DNA of 64,000 nt from Ancylonema sp. (lineage: Eukaryota), in NCBI GenBank assembly GCA_050230475.1, contig JBFLGF010000098.1:1-64000 (forward strand), written 5' to 3'. The notes under the pieces were generated by a model. That model saw only the letters and a list, made by a program, of their open reading frames with translations, was not told the origin of the DNA and did no database searches. The first letter of the stretch is position 1. Each line of letters starts with the position of its first letter. Below, piece by piece: positions 39,871 to 53,002 of this stretch. The position numbers and the translations under genes were made by a program.

Positions 39871-42800
39871 TGTATCATCCCACTAAGATGTGAGCAACAT
39901 TTTGTTCAAAACGAGGAAACGGAGAATATGTTGTTCTAAGGAGTTAAAAAAATTTGAACGGACACGATGTCTTGACGTTGTCATGAACGGCACGTCGTCA
40001 GAAACGGTTCGGAGTTTGTGCAATCGTGTCGTATAGAGTTCCCGTTGTACGTGTTCTAAACACAATAAGAAGAATGATGGGGCGACTACTTTATCCGCGT
40101 TTGTGCGGAACAAATACTATGTGATCCATTATTGATCACACCATCTATTCATTTGTATCATAGATAGTTGTAGGGGTCCGGGAGTTAAGGGTTACGGATG
40201 ATGGAACCTCCAAATGACGATGGGAACTGTTTGTGACGCCGACTCATAAGAAAATCCACAAGAATACCCCGAAACATTTATAAATTAAATCACCAAAATA
40301 TAAAATAAAATGTATTTCTTATAGAAAAAGGGTGTTAGCAACCTAGAGTTGGTGCGTGTGAACGCAATTGGATCACCAAAAAGTTTGTGCAAAAAAAAAA
40401 TGCAGTTATCTAGATCGTGCTGCGGTCGGTGAATAAGTGTATAATATCTACCATCCGGCGCTTGAAAAAAGTGTCAAAAGGTGTAAAAGAGGACTAGAGT
40501 TGGAGAAATTTTTACAAAGTGGATTGAAGGAGAATAATTGACACAAGGTGTTCGTGAATACCTTTGTGATATTTTACTCTCGTGTTTTAATTGTTTGAGC
40601 AAGTACAAAAATATCAGAACGATACGCTTCGGTGCCGAAGTGTGGAAAACTCGAACCGACTCGCCGATTCGTGCACATGAATTATTGGGGCACACTAAAT
40701 GAAATGGTAGAAGGTCATAAGAAGGTTCAAGAGACCTGACGGTTATTGTTGAAGCGCATACCTTGTTCACATGAAGCTTAATATGGTGACTCGAATTACG
40801 ACATTTGTAAAAGGGACTAACTAGTTACGGAGAACCATAATACGCGCAACTAAAATTTCTCGTGCACCACAAATAATACGAAAGTGTGGTTGTGTGGAAT
40901 AATTCTTTAATATATGGAAGCACGTAGAAATTCCCTCGACTGTAATCTCAATCTCCCGTAACTTCTCGTACCGAAAACTCCACCTTTGTCGTGTCCAACT
41001 TCCAACGTCCTTAAGCAATTTTCCTTGGGTGTATTTCCAACGTTTTCATCTTTTGGCACTGCTGTAAATAAGCTCCATATTATGCACCGAATGCTCTTCT
41101 TTGCCTTGTGAAAATTATTTTTTATTACACGGTCTATCAATGCGCCTTATTCGTGGCACACTCAAAAGAATTGCTAAGTGGGCATAGAGCACATGGTAGC
41201 AATTGAGGTTTCTTTCTCCCTCGCAAACAAACGCAATCTAGAGGAAATCCGGGCTAATGAGATAAAATATGTACAAGGCAATTGAAAAGAGACTTATCGC
41301 GTTTTAGTTCATTTCACTTTTTGGCTCGGACGTAGCATTGGGATCCAATCACAGGTGCAGAGGTACATTTAAATATTCCACATCACATCTTCATTCCTTT
41401 CATCGCCTCTGTATGCGTGCCGTCCCATTTTACGAGTGAGTTTATTTTATATCAGAATGAGAAAACGTATGTATCGAGAGATATTTTGATAATTTCATTT
41501 GACGAACGGTAAACCAAACTCGGTTGTCTCGAACTTGTTTGAGGTGAAATCCTTTTACACTCTAACGAGGGCGGATTGTAACTCACATTCTGTGCACCCT
41601 TAATATATAAATGCACAACAAAAAATGTAAACAATGAATGATATGATGTGCCACGATCATGTATTTGGGCATTGTAGAATATAACATGTACCCCATACCG
41701 TATTGCTTAATGCTAACGATCCGGGTCTACGATAACACCACCACACAAAGATTTCAAAACATTTATTTTACAAATCACAAATTGTGCCTTACTATCTAGC
41801 TCTCCCCGCGATTCCGAGTCGGGATGAGCTAACCTTTTACAACCTGAACATCCTTGCCCCCCGCGTTCTTCTTCGGACGAGGGCAATCTATTGCCTTACG
41901 CCCGTGACAGTTTTAGCACTCTCCACTGTCATACTGGCGCTGGCGTTCCGCTACGCGGTAGCCGCGTGGATTTCGAGCTGGGTTGGCCGAGGTCCCCTCG
42001 CCACCACCTTTGGGGAGCCCCCCAAATGTAGTCCCCTTCTTGGGCGGGTAACCGGTCCTACCGGATCCGCCCCCGGAGCAACCGCCCCCAGCTGCGCCCC
42101 TGTTGCTGCCAGGTTCACCCCCGCCCCCGCCCTTCATGGCCGAACGTCGTGCGGTTTGACAAACATCCAGCTCTGCCTTGTGCTTCCGCATGACGCCAAC
42201 ATAGGAGAGGGGAGATGTTGCCGCGCCAGCCAGTGTAGTACGCTTGCCATGCTTGGCCTTCTGGTAAGTGGAATCCGCATGAATTGCGAACGCTCAGAGC
42301 TTTGCAAAATTGGTCGAAGTACCGGCGGGGCACGGCCCCTACATCTCCTTTCAACAAATGTGTTTGTGTATTTTGGAATCCGAAAACATATTGCAATCGG
42401 TATTTAGTCGCGGTAATTCATTTGTTTTGAAAAATAATATAAGGTGAACAAGAGATCACAAATTGGTCCACAACAAAAATGGACGTGTATCGTTAATCAG
42501 TATTGAAAAAACTAACTCAGCGAAAATTGTTTTTGCCGAGTTTGACGTACCTATAGAGATCGATAACGTCACTACACGTGCGACTAGTAAGGCAACCTCA
42601 AACATGCTAAAGACACATGCGGATACGTGCGGAAAGACACCCGAACACGTTCCGAACATCATAGCAAGCAAGCGCTAACTACATGCATCATAACACACAC
42701 CATCACACAACACCACGACACACATGCCTAGCGTTACTGCAAACATGTAGTTTGGTTTTACTACTATCCAAGGCAATGGAAGCCGTTGGGTGCCCAGGAG

Positions 42801-43910
42801 CGCCGTGAGTTGGCGACCTATCGGGCTAATGGGTAGTCCTGCCAACCTAAATGCTGCACAGCGCGGCGGTATCAATGCACACGACACAACAAAACACGTG
42901 CGAGGAGACGATTAGGTTCCGGGAAGTTATCGAGAAAGTTAGGGTACAACGCTAGTTCCTGGCTTACTTCTAGTGCTGTGGGCGAGCCACCCCAGCACGT
43001 GCGAAATCAGCGCCAAACTCTGGAACGTAACGCTTACGATCAAATATACCCCAAGCCAATCACAACACGCAACCAGCGGACGTGATCCGACTTGCAGGCC
43101 CACGATACACGGGTGAACATGTAACCCTATAACATATGAAATAACGCCTGGCTAAGGCGGAGAGCCACTAACCAATCGGCTACAACCGGGGCGTATCCGC
43201 TATAAACACTCGATCCCGAGCGCTACGCCAAGTTAGTTTCTAACTCACTCGGCCCTTCAATCACCCATTAATTACCACGAGTTTCCCGCCTAAGAGTTTA
43301 TTACGCCCATGAAATTTCCGACCTATTACCTATCCGATAGAGGTACGGATTGTATGGAGACCAAGATAAACCTATACTTGTTCGTACATTGAGTATGTAA
43401 AATCATTTGGGTTGTGCAGGAAAGAAAAAAATAAAAAGAAAGGAAGAAGAAAAAAAAAAAAAAAAAAACCCTGAAAAAAAAAACATAATGGCGTACAAGT
43501 TTAAAATAGATCACTGCGGATCTCAGAGACAAGGGATTGGATAATGAACTCGCATAGGTTAGTGAATAATTACTGGCATTGAAACACGAATGACCGGATC
43601 TGGTGTGAAATTTTCGTTTGTGACGTTGGTTTGAAGCAAATCTTATACACATGAATGCCTGGATTTCATAACCAAATCTATATCAGTTATGAACCTGTCT
43701 CAATTTGAATATATTACATCTCAAAAATATGAATTTAGACAGGTTCTTCTGTAGCCAAAACCTGGCACAAAGCAGGCACCAATCTGCTGTGTGCCGCGGG
43801 CGACAGATAGAGAAGGTTCCGGGCGTGTGTCTATTGATTGGTCGGAACGATATTTCCATCACAGACATATGTTTAATCGTAGCCGCATATTGCACAGAAG
43901 ATTCCATTTT

Positions 43911-44240
43911 CTCACGTGGCAGATAGGGGTTGAAATTCTACGCTTTGTGTGGACGATTTCACGGGGAGTGCCATCCATTTTGAACGGATCTATTTCGAAT
44001 GCCAGCATCTTCGGAGTAGCAGATCGGCCGTTAGATCTTTCATACTTGTAACTCTTGACGCCACACCGTAGGATCTGTGTCTCTACGAGTTTGTCGCGGA
44101 TAAGGTGCTTTCCAAATGTGTGTGTCAGGAGCCACGAGCCCCGGGACGAGTTTGGACCGTCCAAAATACGGCCTGATTCCCCGCTGTGGATAAGGAGGAC
44201 AGCCTGCAGAGACCAATGAGCCGTTTCTTCGACGATAAAG
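43911..44240 (+). promoter_or_regulatory. rbcS light-responsive promoter motifs
   Basis: G-box CACGTGGC (43913), two I-boxes GGATAAGG (44098, 44188) and CCAAT (44213) upstream of the rbcS ATG. Confidence 0.6.
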
Positions 44241-44301
44241 TCGGAATCTTTTGACCAGCTGTTTCTAACTGCCTACCTCGCTTGTATCTCCATTACTTAC
44301 C

Positions 44302-45115
44302 ATGGCCGCCGTTGCCATGTCCGCTGCCGTTGCCCCCGCCACCTTCGCTGCTGCTGCCTCCACCAAGAGCAGCTCCCAGCAGACCGTCTCTGCCTTCGTT
44401 GGCCTCAAGAGCAGCGTGTCCACCAGCAGCTCCTTCTCCTCCAAAACCGTCTCCAATGGCTCCAGGATCAGCTGCATGAAGGTGATTAAAATGTCTGGAT
44501 ACAGCACGCTTAAGCGCAGACTATCTATTCGTTAAAGATTCAGCTCCATGTTTTCAAGATCTAGACGTGTAGTTCTCAAAATCAGTCCAACAAGGGTTGA
44601 GAGATCTGCTCCTTCATAGAAATTTATAGCATGGTTGATCCGGGTAAAGGTTGGATACTTCCATCAACGTCAACGTTTTCTCAATGCACTGTCTCTCATA
44701 TTTCCTGACATCATTCTGGTATGTTATTGCTCAGGTGTGGACCCCTGTGAACAACCCCAGATTCGAGACCCTATCCTACCTCCCCCCCCTGTCCGTGGAT
44801 GACATCATTAAGCAGATCGACTACATGCTGAGCAAGGGATGGTTCCCCTGCATCGAGTTCGACATGTGTGGCGTTGTCAGCCGCGAGTACAATGACGGTC
44901 CCGGCTACTATGATGGCCGATACTGGACAATGTGGAAGCTTCCCATGTTCGGATGTACCGACGGTGCTCAGGTTGTGAGGGAAGTTGCCGAGTGCAAGGC
45001 TTCCTACCCGGAGGCCTACATCCGTGTCCTGGGTTTCGACAACATCAAGCAGGTGCAAGCTGCGTCCTTCATCGTCCACAAGCCCCGCCCCTCGTACTCC
45101 AAGTCCTATTTCTAG
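44302..45115 (+). CDS. rbcS: Rubisco small subunit precursor; exons 44302-44481, 44735-45115
   Basis: Ser/Ala-rich transit peptide ending [10 protein letters not shown], then [49 protein letters not shown]; intron at the conserved position just after the start of the mature protein. Confidence 0.98.
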
Positions 45116-46210
45116 ACAACTTGGACGGAAGTGACGGATAGACGATATACTGGACTAATCAGTTATAATTTGGTCAGCATAGTCAGTTCTAGTGGAGGTT
45201 CAGAAATAGTCAGGCTTGTGACAGTCAGGATCTTTATTTCGACGACCATTCACATTATTTAGCATTTTGGACACTCAATGTGCAGATTTACTACGCAGAT
45301 CTTGTATATGTTACCTTGACAAATACCCCGGGGCTGAATTTGCAAACAGGGCTGATTACACCCTTCAGTAAAATTGTCACGATTCACTTGCCAAATTGTC
45401 AACGGTGTTCTGCATGCATTGACGCTATACCTGGAACATATTTAGTTTGGTTTCGAGGAGAAAGTTGAATTATCATCGAGAGTTGCAGAGTTGAAATTGA
45501 GACTTGTCACAGTTGAAGTGTCACGCAAATCTAAGATGTGCTCGATCATTTGAGATGTGTATGGTTGTATGTTATACAATTGCCGATTTGTTATATCATC
45601 TTCCATGCTTTTTTTGGGGGTCCTTCAGTATGTGATTTATCCTGTTATGAATGTAACTCGGGAGTGATAGACATCACCAGAGAAACTACGATATCATTAA
45701 TGGCAAGACTTTAAATACATTTATGGGCTTCCTAGTAAATTTGATAATTTGATAACTGCATCCAAATATACCCTACCGACTAAAAACCATTGTTTTTAAA
45801 CCAATACGTAATGTCCCGGAAAATATTTTTGAAATGGTGGGTTTGGGTCGAATTAAATATTGGATATTCGTATTTTGGGGCCGTTCCCCGTACACCCACA
45901 CCCGGCATGGTGACAGACGAAATATGAAAAGAGTGGGTTGCTTCGAAAGAAAATATTAGTGCTCTTAAAAAAATAGGTGATTGTATAATATATACTACAT
46001 TTGTTTTAAAATTGAATGTTCAATTTGGGTGAAGTGCTTAGCTAAACAAATTTATTATATAAAAGCAATATCATGTCATTATCTACTGCCACACACTCCA
46101 CTCAGTCCCCGCTACGCTTGCGAAATTTGTGAGCTTAACCTTGAGCGGGCAGATATTGGCGGGTTGATTATCAACAATGGTTTTTTTTTCATCATAAAAT
46201 CATTTTTATT

Positions 46211-46484
46211 CATAGTTGCGTCCCGAACTGTTCGGGACTTATGGTACGTGTTCAGAACTCGTTGGGGCCTGAACATATTTTGGTCGTGTTCTGAACCTGG
46301 ACGTGAGGGCCACAATCTGATATTCATATTTTTGCAATTCCCAAATTTGTTTAACTTCAGGTTGGAAACTTTTTTGTTTTTCATGCATCTTAGTTGCGTC
46401 CCGGACCGGGTATTCACGAGTCGCGTTCGGGGCCGGACGTGATTTGAACACGTTCGGCATCCTCGCGTCTGAGACGCAACTATG
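46211..46484. mobile_element. 274-bp hAT-type MITE (CATAGTTGC TIR family)
   Basis: TIRs CATAGTTGCGTC / GACGCAACTATG; TSD TTTTTATT / GTTTTATT (7 of 8). Confidence 0.8.
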
Positions 46485-46809
46485 GTTTTATTCCGCTTAT
46501 TGGTCATAATAATTTCCGATGTTTCCCCCTCCATCTCCTCATTCATTTTGACCTTTTCCACCCTGTCTCCTCGCATTTATTGACTCTCATCTCCTTCTCC
46601 TTTCAATGGATATCGATTTCGCGCAGACGAAGCTGTTGTCCTGGCATCAAACTCCACCTACTATTCGGCATCAACCTTTTGTTCACGTATTTCTACTTTC
46701 AAAGCAATCGCCTTCACCTCTTCGCCGTCACCTTCTCTCAAAATTTGTCCAACGGAGCTATTTCGGTATGAAGATCAGCGACAAAGTCTAACAAAACGAT
46801 TGTGGACAC

Positions 46810-47385
46810 TAGGGATTGGTGAGCGCAATGGCAGCCCTTGCGCTCAGCGCTCCGAGCTAAATGAGCGCAAGATCACGCTCATGAGCGTATTAGAGCGCAA
46901 AATGATCGCATGAGCGCATGAGCGTTTTCGAGCGCAGAATGAGCGCATGAGCGCATGAGCGTATTAGAGCGCATGATGAGCGCTTGAGCGCATGAACGCA
47001 AAATGAGCGCGTAAAACGCGGTAACCGGGCAGAATATCCGTTCATTTTGGTGAATACTCGCTGAATACTTCAGGGGGGGATCTCAGTATGCCTGCGATCA
47101 TGCGCTCATGCGCTCGCCGATCCCCAGTAACATATCACTTCGGCGGCCAACCGAAAATTCTGGCGGCTGTCCGACCCGATTTGGGGTTAAGCACCGAGTG
47201 CAATGAGCGCAAAATGAGCGCATGAGCTCTAAATGAGCGCATGAGCGCAGCTCCGCTGAAATGATCTGCGCTCATGTGCGCTCGAACACGCTCACGCTCA
47301 TGAGGTGCGCTCATGGCCAATTCTGGGGATGCCTGCGATCATGCGCTCATGAGCGCTCGCTGCGCTCTGCGCTCGCCGATCCCTA
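46810..47385. mobile_element. 576-bp hAT-type MITE with (ATGAGCGC)n arrays
   Basis: TIRs TAGGGATTGGTGAGCGCA / TGCGCTCGCCGATCCCTA; perfect 8-bp TSD GTGGACAC. Confidence 0.9.
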
Positions 47386-48049
47386 GTGGACACACACTTT
47401 CTGTTCACATCCAACCTCGATCTTCTGGTGCAAAATCTAGAGCCGACAGTGCACCGCACCGAGATAAGGTTTTCAAACGAACGAGAACGGGTGAACGACA
47501 AACAAATTTTGAGATAAGGAAAAGTGAACGAATACATGTCGAAATAAGTTGACATAAGGGAAAGCATAAAAGGCGTACATGTTCGGAACATGTGCGCATC
47601 CCGCACCTCCTCGCAAAAAAAAAAAAAAAGAAGCCGCCGCTCATAGTAGTAAGCGATAGGAAACGCGATTTTTAAATTATCATCTCCCAGTTGGGCTGGC
47701 ACATGTGCGCGGGGTTGTGCGCACATGTTCCAGACATGTGTGCGACTTTAGTTGTGCGCACCCAACTATGAGGGAAAGAGAGCGGGTTTTTTTTAACGAA
47801 AGTGAACGGATGAACGCCGAGTAAATGTGAGAAAAAGGAGAGTGAACGAATTTTTAAGTGTAAAGTGAACTAATGAACGGCGAATAAAATTGATATAAAG
47901 AAAAATGGACGGATTTGTTGGTGTGAACTTCACACTGTGAAATGAAGGGATGAACGGCAAATGAATTTGAGGTAAAAGAAAGTGAACGACGCACTTTTAC
48001 CGTAAAATTGTGCGTTGTTTTGGGGTGGGTCCATAGTTGGGTGCGTGCG

Positions 48050-50587
48050 TGTGAGTGTTACCATCATCCATGATGCCTTCTTTACACCAATAGCTTCAAT
48101 CTTCAGAATCAAACTTATTCACCACATGCCATACAAGAGAGTCGAGTCTTGATTGCAATGAGTCCGATTGAATTTTATGGCGGCCGCAACTTGGCTTAAG
48201 TAAACATGCCTTGTTGGATGTATCGTTCTAACGAATATTTGTTAAAAGATCTAGCAAGAAGGCATGTTGCCACAAAATCGATATAACGAATATTCTCAAT
48301 ACAACAAAGTTTCTAGCCAATTCTCACACCCCCTCCCTAGAAACTTTCGCACACACCCTCCAAAAATCATGGCATAGATATCGATTATTCACATCAAAGT
48401 TCCCCCCCCCACCAAAGAACTACCCCCTCCCAATCGAAAGCTGCCCCCTCCTAAACAGAAGGGTCCCCCCACCCCTTCCAAGCATAATTCCTAAGGAGCA
48501 GCAACAAGCCCAATCATGTCATAGTTTGTCTGATGGATGTTAACGGGGACTGCCTTAGTGAGCATATCAGTGCTAAAACTCACTCTTAACAAACTGCAAC
48601 TTGATCAATCTTTTGGCTACCCTCTCCCGAATAGAGTGCCACTTCAACTCAATATGCTTGGATTGACGATGAAATACTGGGTTCTCTCCCCCTCCCCCCC
48701 CTTCCCATGCGTGTGGCCTCATCATTTCCATGACTCTTGTCCGAGTATCACCAGACAGACAGCTCCCCCCCACACTGGTACAACAGGAGCATCATAATTC
48801 CTTTGCGACCACCCGCGCCTTGAACTTCTTTACCTCCCTAGTAGCATTCTTCTTCACCCTGAAGATCCACTTGGATTTGACTACCTTCACCCCAGGAGGG
48901 CGAGCCACTACCCTAAAGACCTTGTTCTCCTCCAGGCTGGTAGAAGTCATGGCAGCCTGCCAGACGTCACTTTCTGGAGATCTGATAGCGGCAAGTACAA
49001 TATGGTACTTGTCGACGAGTACGTTAGGAAGTCTTGGGCGGAAATTATGCGCTCCAAGGACGAGGCTGATGTGCGACTCTAACAGTGGATCGCGATGTGA
49101 GAAACTCAGGCCGGCAATACCCTCAACAATCTGCGGTCTGACGACGGAGGGAAGTTTATGGACGGGAGCTTTCAGCTCTGGCTCCGACATCGGGGAACAA
49201 ATGACGAGCTTACTCCCCCGCACAATCCTCAGACCAACGGCATCACCGAGCGCATAAACAGAACGCTCCAAGACCGCGCTCGGTCCATGCTAGCCGGCAT
49301 GAAACTCCCTTCTGGCCTCTGGGGCGCCAAAGACTTCGCCTCCTACCTCCGCAATCGCGGGTCTCCCGAAGACCCCGGAGGAGATTCAGTGGCCTGTTTC
49401 GCCGCGACCAGCAGGGGGAGCTGGCCATGGCGGCCAGGGTACTGCGGGAGCTGGAGCTAGAGGCCCTGGCGAGGCAAGTGGAGGTGGGGGTGCTAAAGAT
49501 GGGGGTGCTGGAGGTGGGGGTTGGAGTTCTGGCGGGGCTGGAGGTTGGCAGGCAGGGGCAGACGCAACTGGGGTGGGAGGAGCTGAAGCTGCAGCCACAG
49601 GCCCTGGTGCAGCGGGGGCAACTGGGGATGGGGGTGGGGGCGGGGAAGAGGCAGTTCCTGACGCTGTGGGGACTCCCTTACCTCAGCGTCAGGACCTTCC
49701 TCCCCGTCAGAACAACGATCTACCTGACCTCGTCAGCAACTCGAGCGGGGATAGCTACATGGACGAGCAGCTCGAGGACGGCCCCGAACGGCATCCCAAC
49801 GATGTAGACGCTGAGAATCCAGCCGGAGCTGGTCCCCCAAGTGGTGGTGGGGCTGGGGCTGGGGCTGGGTTAAGGGCAACCGCTGGAGTTGGGGTTGGGG
49901 CTGCGGGTGGAGCACCCTCGCCCCTCCCCCACCTACCCGCCGATCTGGCAGGGTGAACTCTGGCATTCCCCCTCTCAGATTCGTGGCAGGGTACGCTGCA
50001 CACGTGGCGCAGGAGGTCAGCACGCCAAAATCTGTCGATTTCCAGACAACGCGCGATGTTGTTGCTCACGAGCGACATTATGAGCATGACCGCGCGCTTG
50101 CATTTCTTCCGGTACAATTTCAAGTCCTCCGTGTACTCTTCCATCTCATCATAATTTGCTCGATTAGGCAATATCTCCTCGGGTTCCAACTCAGTCCCCT
50201 CACACACTTCTAAACAATCCTCATTGTCTAAAATTGCGCATGTTTTCGACCGCCATGCCTGAAACGGCACGCGGTCGCCATCGAAGATCGTATATCTTGC
50301 TCTGATACCACTGTGAGAGTTACCATCATCCATGATGCCTTCTTTACACCAATAGCTTCAATCTTCAAAATCAAACTTATTCACCACATGCCATACAAGA
50401 GAGTCGAGTCTTGATTGCAAAGAGTCCGATTGAATATTATGGCGGTCGCAACTTGGCCTAAGTGAACATGCCTTGTCGGATGTATCGTTCTAACGAATAC
50501 TTGCTAAAAGATCTAGCAAGAAATGTTGCCTCAAAATCGATACAACGAATATTCTCAATACAACAAAGTTTATAGCCAATTCTCACA
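48050..50587 (-). mobile_element. Internally deleted, rearranged Copia element with both LTRs (5' LTR 50587-50312, 3' LTR 48328-48050)
   Basis: Near-identical LTRs of about 278 bp with TG...CA; tRNA-iMet PBS TGGTATCAGAGC (minus, ending at 50310); PPT AGGGAGGGGG (minus, 48338-48329); TSD GTGCG/ATGCG; gag, RT-start and RNase H-end fragments on minus; integrase fragment on plus. Confidence 0.92.
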
Positions 50588-50716
50588 ATGCGCAACTTTT
50601 GCGCCCGATGGTCGAACGCGTGCCTTAGAGGGACAATTTCAGTAATCGAATTTCGGACGGCGAGACTTGACTAAGTAGTGAGTATTTACCATTTTAAACT
50701 GTAGGTAGTCATACTA

Positions 50717-51179
50717 CCGTAGTATGATATAACGTCTTAGGCCCTAAATTATATACTGCCACCATTGTAACTTGTAACCGATTTACCAATTCACCGATCA
50801 CCGATCACATGATTTTGGAAACATCTCGCACCCCCTCGGGTACCCTCCTCCCCGGGGACGGGGGGGTGGGTAATAATATAATTCTAACACCTATGGCCGC
50901 GCACCGTGCGCAAGATTTGTGCAGGCGTGCCGCACGCGTGCGCAAGCGCATGCGCGCGGCACGCGTGCGGGATTCGCACGCCAAAAACCCAACAATGGGT
51001 GGGTCATTTTGCTCGCCGGGTCACGGTATAATGCATATTTTTATTCCGGGTCATAATTTTAGGTCACGGGATAAGAAACATATTTTGCCCGGGTCAACTT
51101 GGTGGGTCACGAGTCGTGACTCACGACATTTTTTTTTAAAATTTGTTTTATCCTGGGTCATTTTGTATGGCCACTACGG
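50717..51179. mobile_element. TA-flanked MITE, CCGTAGT...ACTACGG family
   Basis: TA|CCGTAGT ... GGCCACTACGG|TA; right end is the reverse complement of the left end of 51368-51607. Confidence 0.6.
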
Positions 51180-51367
51180 TATTTGGATTTAAACCAATGC
51201 GTCTCTATGTCGAATATGAAATATTAGTTTCATATTGAAACCGGATTTGAAAATAAATATTTATTATTGAGGTTGAGTCACCTATTGACCTATCCGCGCG
51301 CCAAATACAGACGAGCATTGCCAGTTGTCTGCGTAGTAAAGCCCTAATGTGTGATATTCGTAAGTAC

Positions 51368-51607
51368 CCGTAGTGGCCGTACATAATGACCCCGGTTTAA
51401 AAAAACGAATTAATTTAGCTACGAAACCACCACTTTACCCAACCCGCGCACCCTAAATAAAATTTCCAAAAATCCTGAAAAATATTTAGTATCAGGTGAC
51501 CCACATTATAGAATGACCCACTTTTTTTTATAAAATTGAATTATATAATTTGACCCGACCCACCCTTTTCATAATTATTTGCGGGTCATGATGTGTGGCT
51601 AGTACGG
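51368..51607. mobile_element. MITE, paralog of 4283-4508
   Basis: Collinear similarity to 4283-4508; ends GTACGG|TA. Confidence 0.7.
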
Positions 51608-52139
51608 TAGATTGATATCGTATGCAAGGTATACGATATTGTTTCGCTGGAAGTAAATGGATATTGTTTCATTGGAAATAAAAACGTATGCACCCATTGT
51701 TGCATGTTCATGCGCCAAAAAACGATATTACCCCCTCTCTTTTTTCCTTTTCTAGTTGGGCCCGATCCGTTCGAACATTTCCTACCCATCGCCGATCCGA
51801 ATCGGGGATCCGAATCGGGCCCAATCATGTTCGAAACGAGTGAAGGACCCACTTGGTCCCACTCCATGATTTGTAGGCAAACGCTATAGGATTGCCTACT
51901 CTCTCAGTAACATAACTTGGCCCTACTCCCTGCAGGTCGGCAAAAAAATGTGGAAGCGTGATACAATGATAGGCTGAAGCAATTGAGTGAGACCCAACGC
52001 GAGAAGCTAGACGTGACATGGTGTGGTTCTAGCACGCCCGCGACGATGAAAGGCTAGTGAGTAGTTCGTTTGTGCCTGAAAGGCGACGCAATGCATAGCT
52101 AGCCAACGGATATCGGACCCTTATTTACTTGTTTCCAAG

Positions 52140-52445
52140 CATAGTTGGTCCCGATCCATCTCGATCGCCGATCCAGATCGGCGCGGGATCGGGCCACATA
52201 CGGATTGGAAAGGGATCGGATATATTCCGATCGGATCGTGCCCAACCAAAAAATAAAAAAACACACACAGACACAATCATGGTTTTGGGGATTTTACGCA
52301 TTCATGGGTGCATATGATTTTTTTTTTCATGTCGATTTCGACCTGGAAGTTCGGCGCCTTCGACCCGGATCTGTGCCATATCGGGTCCGATCCGGATCCG
52401 CACGGGATCAGAAAATCCCCGGTCGGATCGGATTGGGAGCTGTGT
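52140..52445. repeat. GATCC/GGATC-rich palindromic element (probable hAT-derived MITE); a smaller relative lies at about 51753-51830
   Basis: Begins CATAGTTGGTCCCGATCC and ends GGATCGGATTGGGAGCTGTG; many CGATCC/GGATCG units. Confidence 0.5.
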
Positions 52446-53002
52446 TTCGAAGTCAACATAAGTACATGCCACCTCACACATACGGCCAATTTTACTTTGC
52501 GATGATTGCAATTCCTAACCGTTTTGTAATCCATATCCAGACGGATTGAGCCTGAAGCGTTAAGGTAGATTGGTCATCTGTCCCGTGTCCGTTAAACACA
52601 AGTTTTTACGACATAAACCCCTTCTCGCCGGCATCTCCCTCCGTAAATCCCCGCAATATTTGATTTTCGAGACAATAGTAGGACATGGGAGGTCAATGGT
52701 CTCAAAAAATGAAAAAACGGGACAGACTCCCGTAGTTACCACGTGACATACCAACTGGGGAATCCAAGTCGAAGTACGTGCGGCCGTCTTGAGTCGTGGA
52801 AAACCGCTCGTTTTAAAGCCACTCGTTTTCAAGGCGATTCTTTTTCCGGCAAAGGCGTTGGGGACATGTGTGGGGAATCGAAGACATGCCTGGGGCCGAC
52901 TATGGCTCCCTCTTTCGGATGGACAACTCAAAATCACGACTCGATTCGGACAACAAGCTCGCAAGACTAGAGAACATTTCAGCGCTTTTGATTGCTCTTT
53001 GT

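Noticed and set aside
41784..42407. GC-rich ORFs (207 aa plus, Gly-rich minus)
   Set aside because: No recognisable domain or coherent gene structure; probably a TE remnant, cannot be supported.
46810..47385. Repeat arrays as CRISPR-like loci (also 3773-3850, 14585-15134)
   Set aside because: Eukaryotic context, no unique regular spacers; explained as TE subterminal repeats bounded by TIRs and TSDs.
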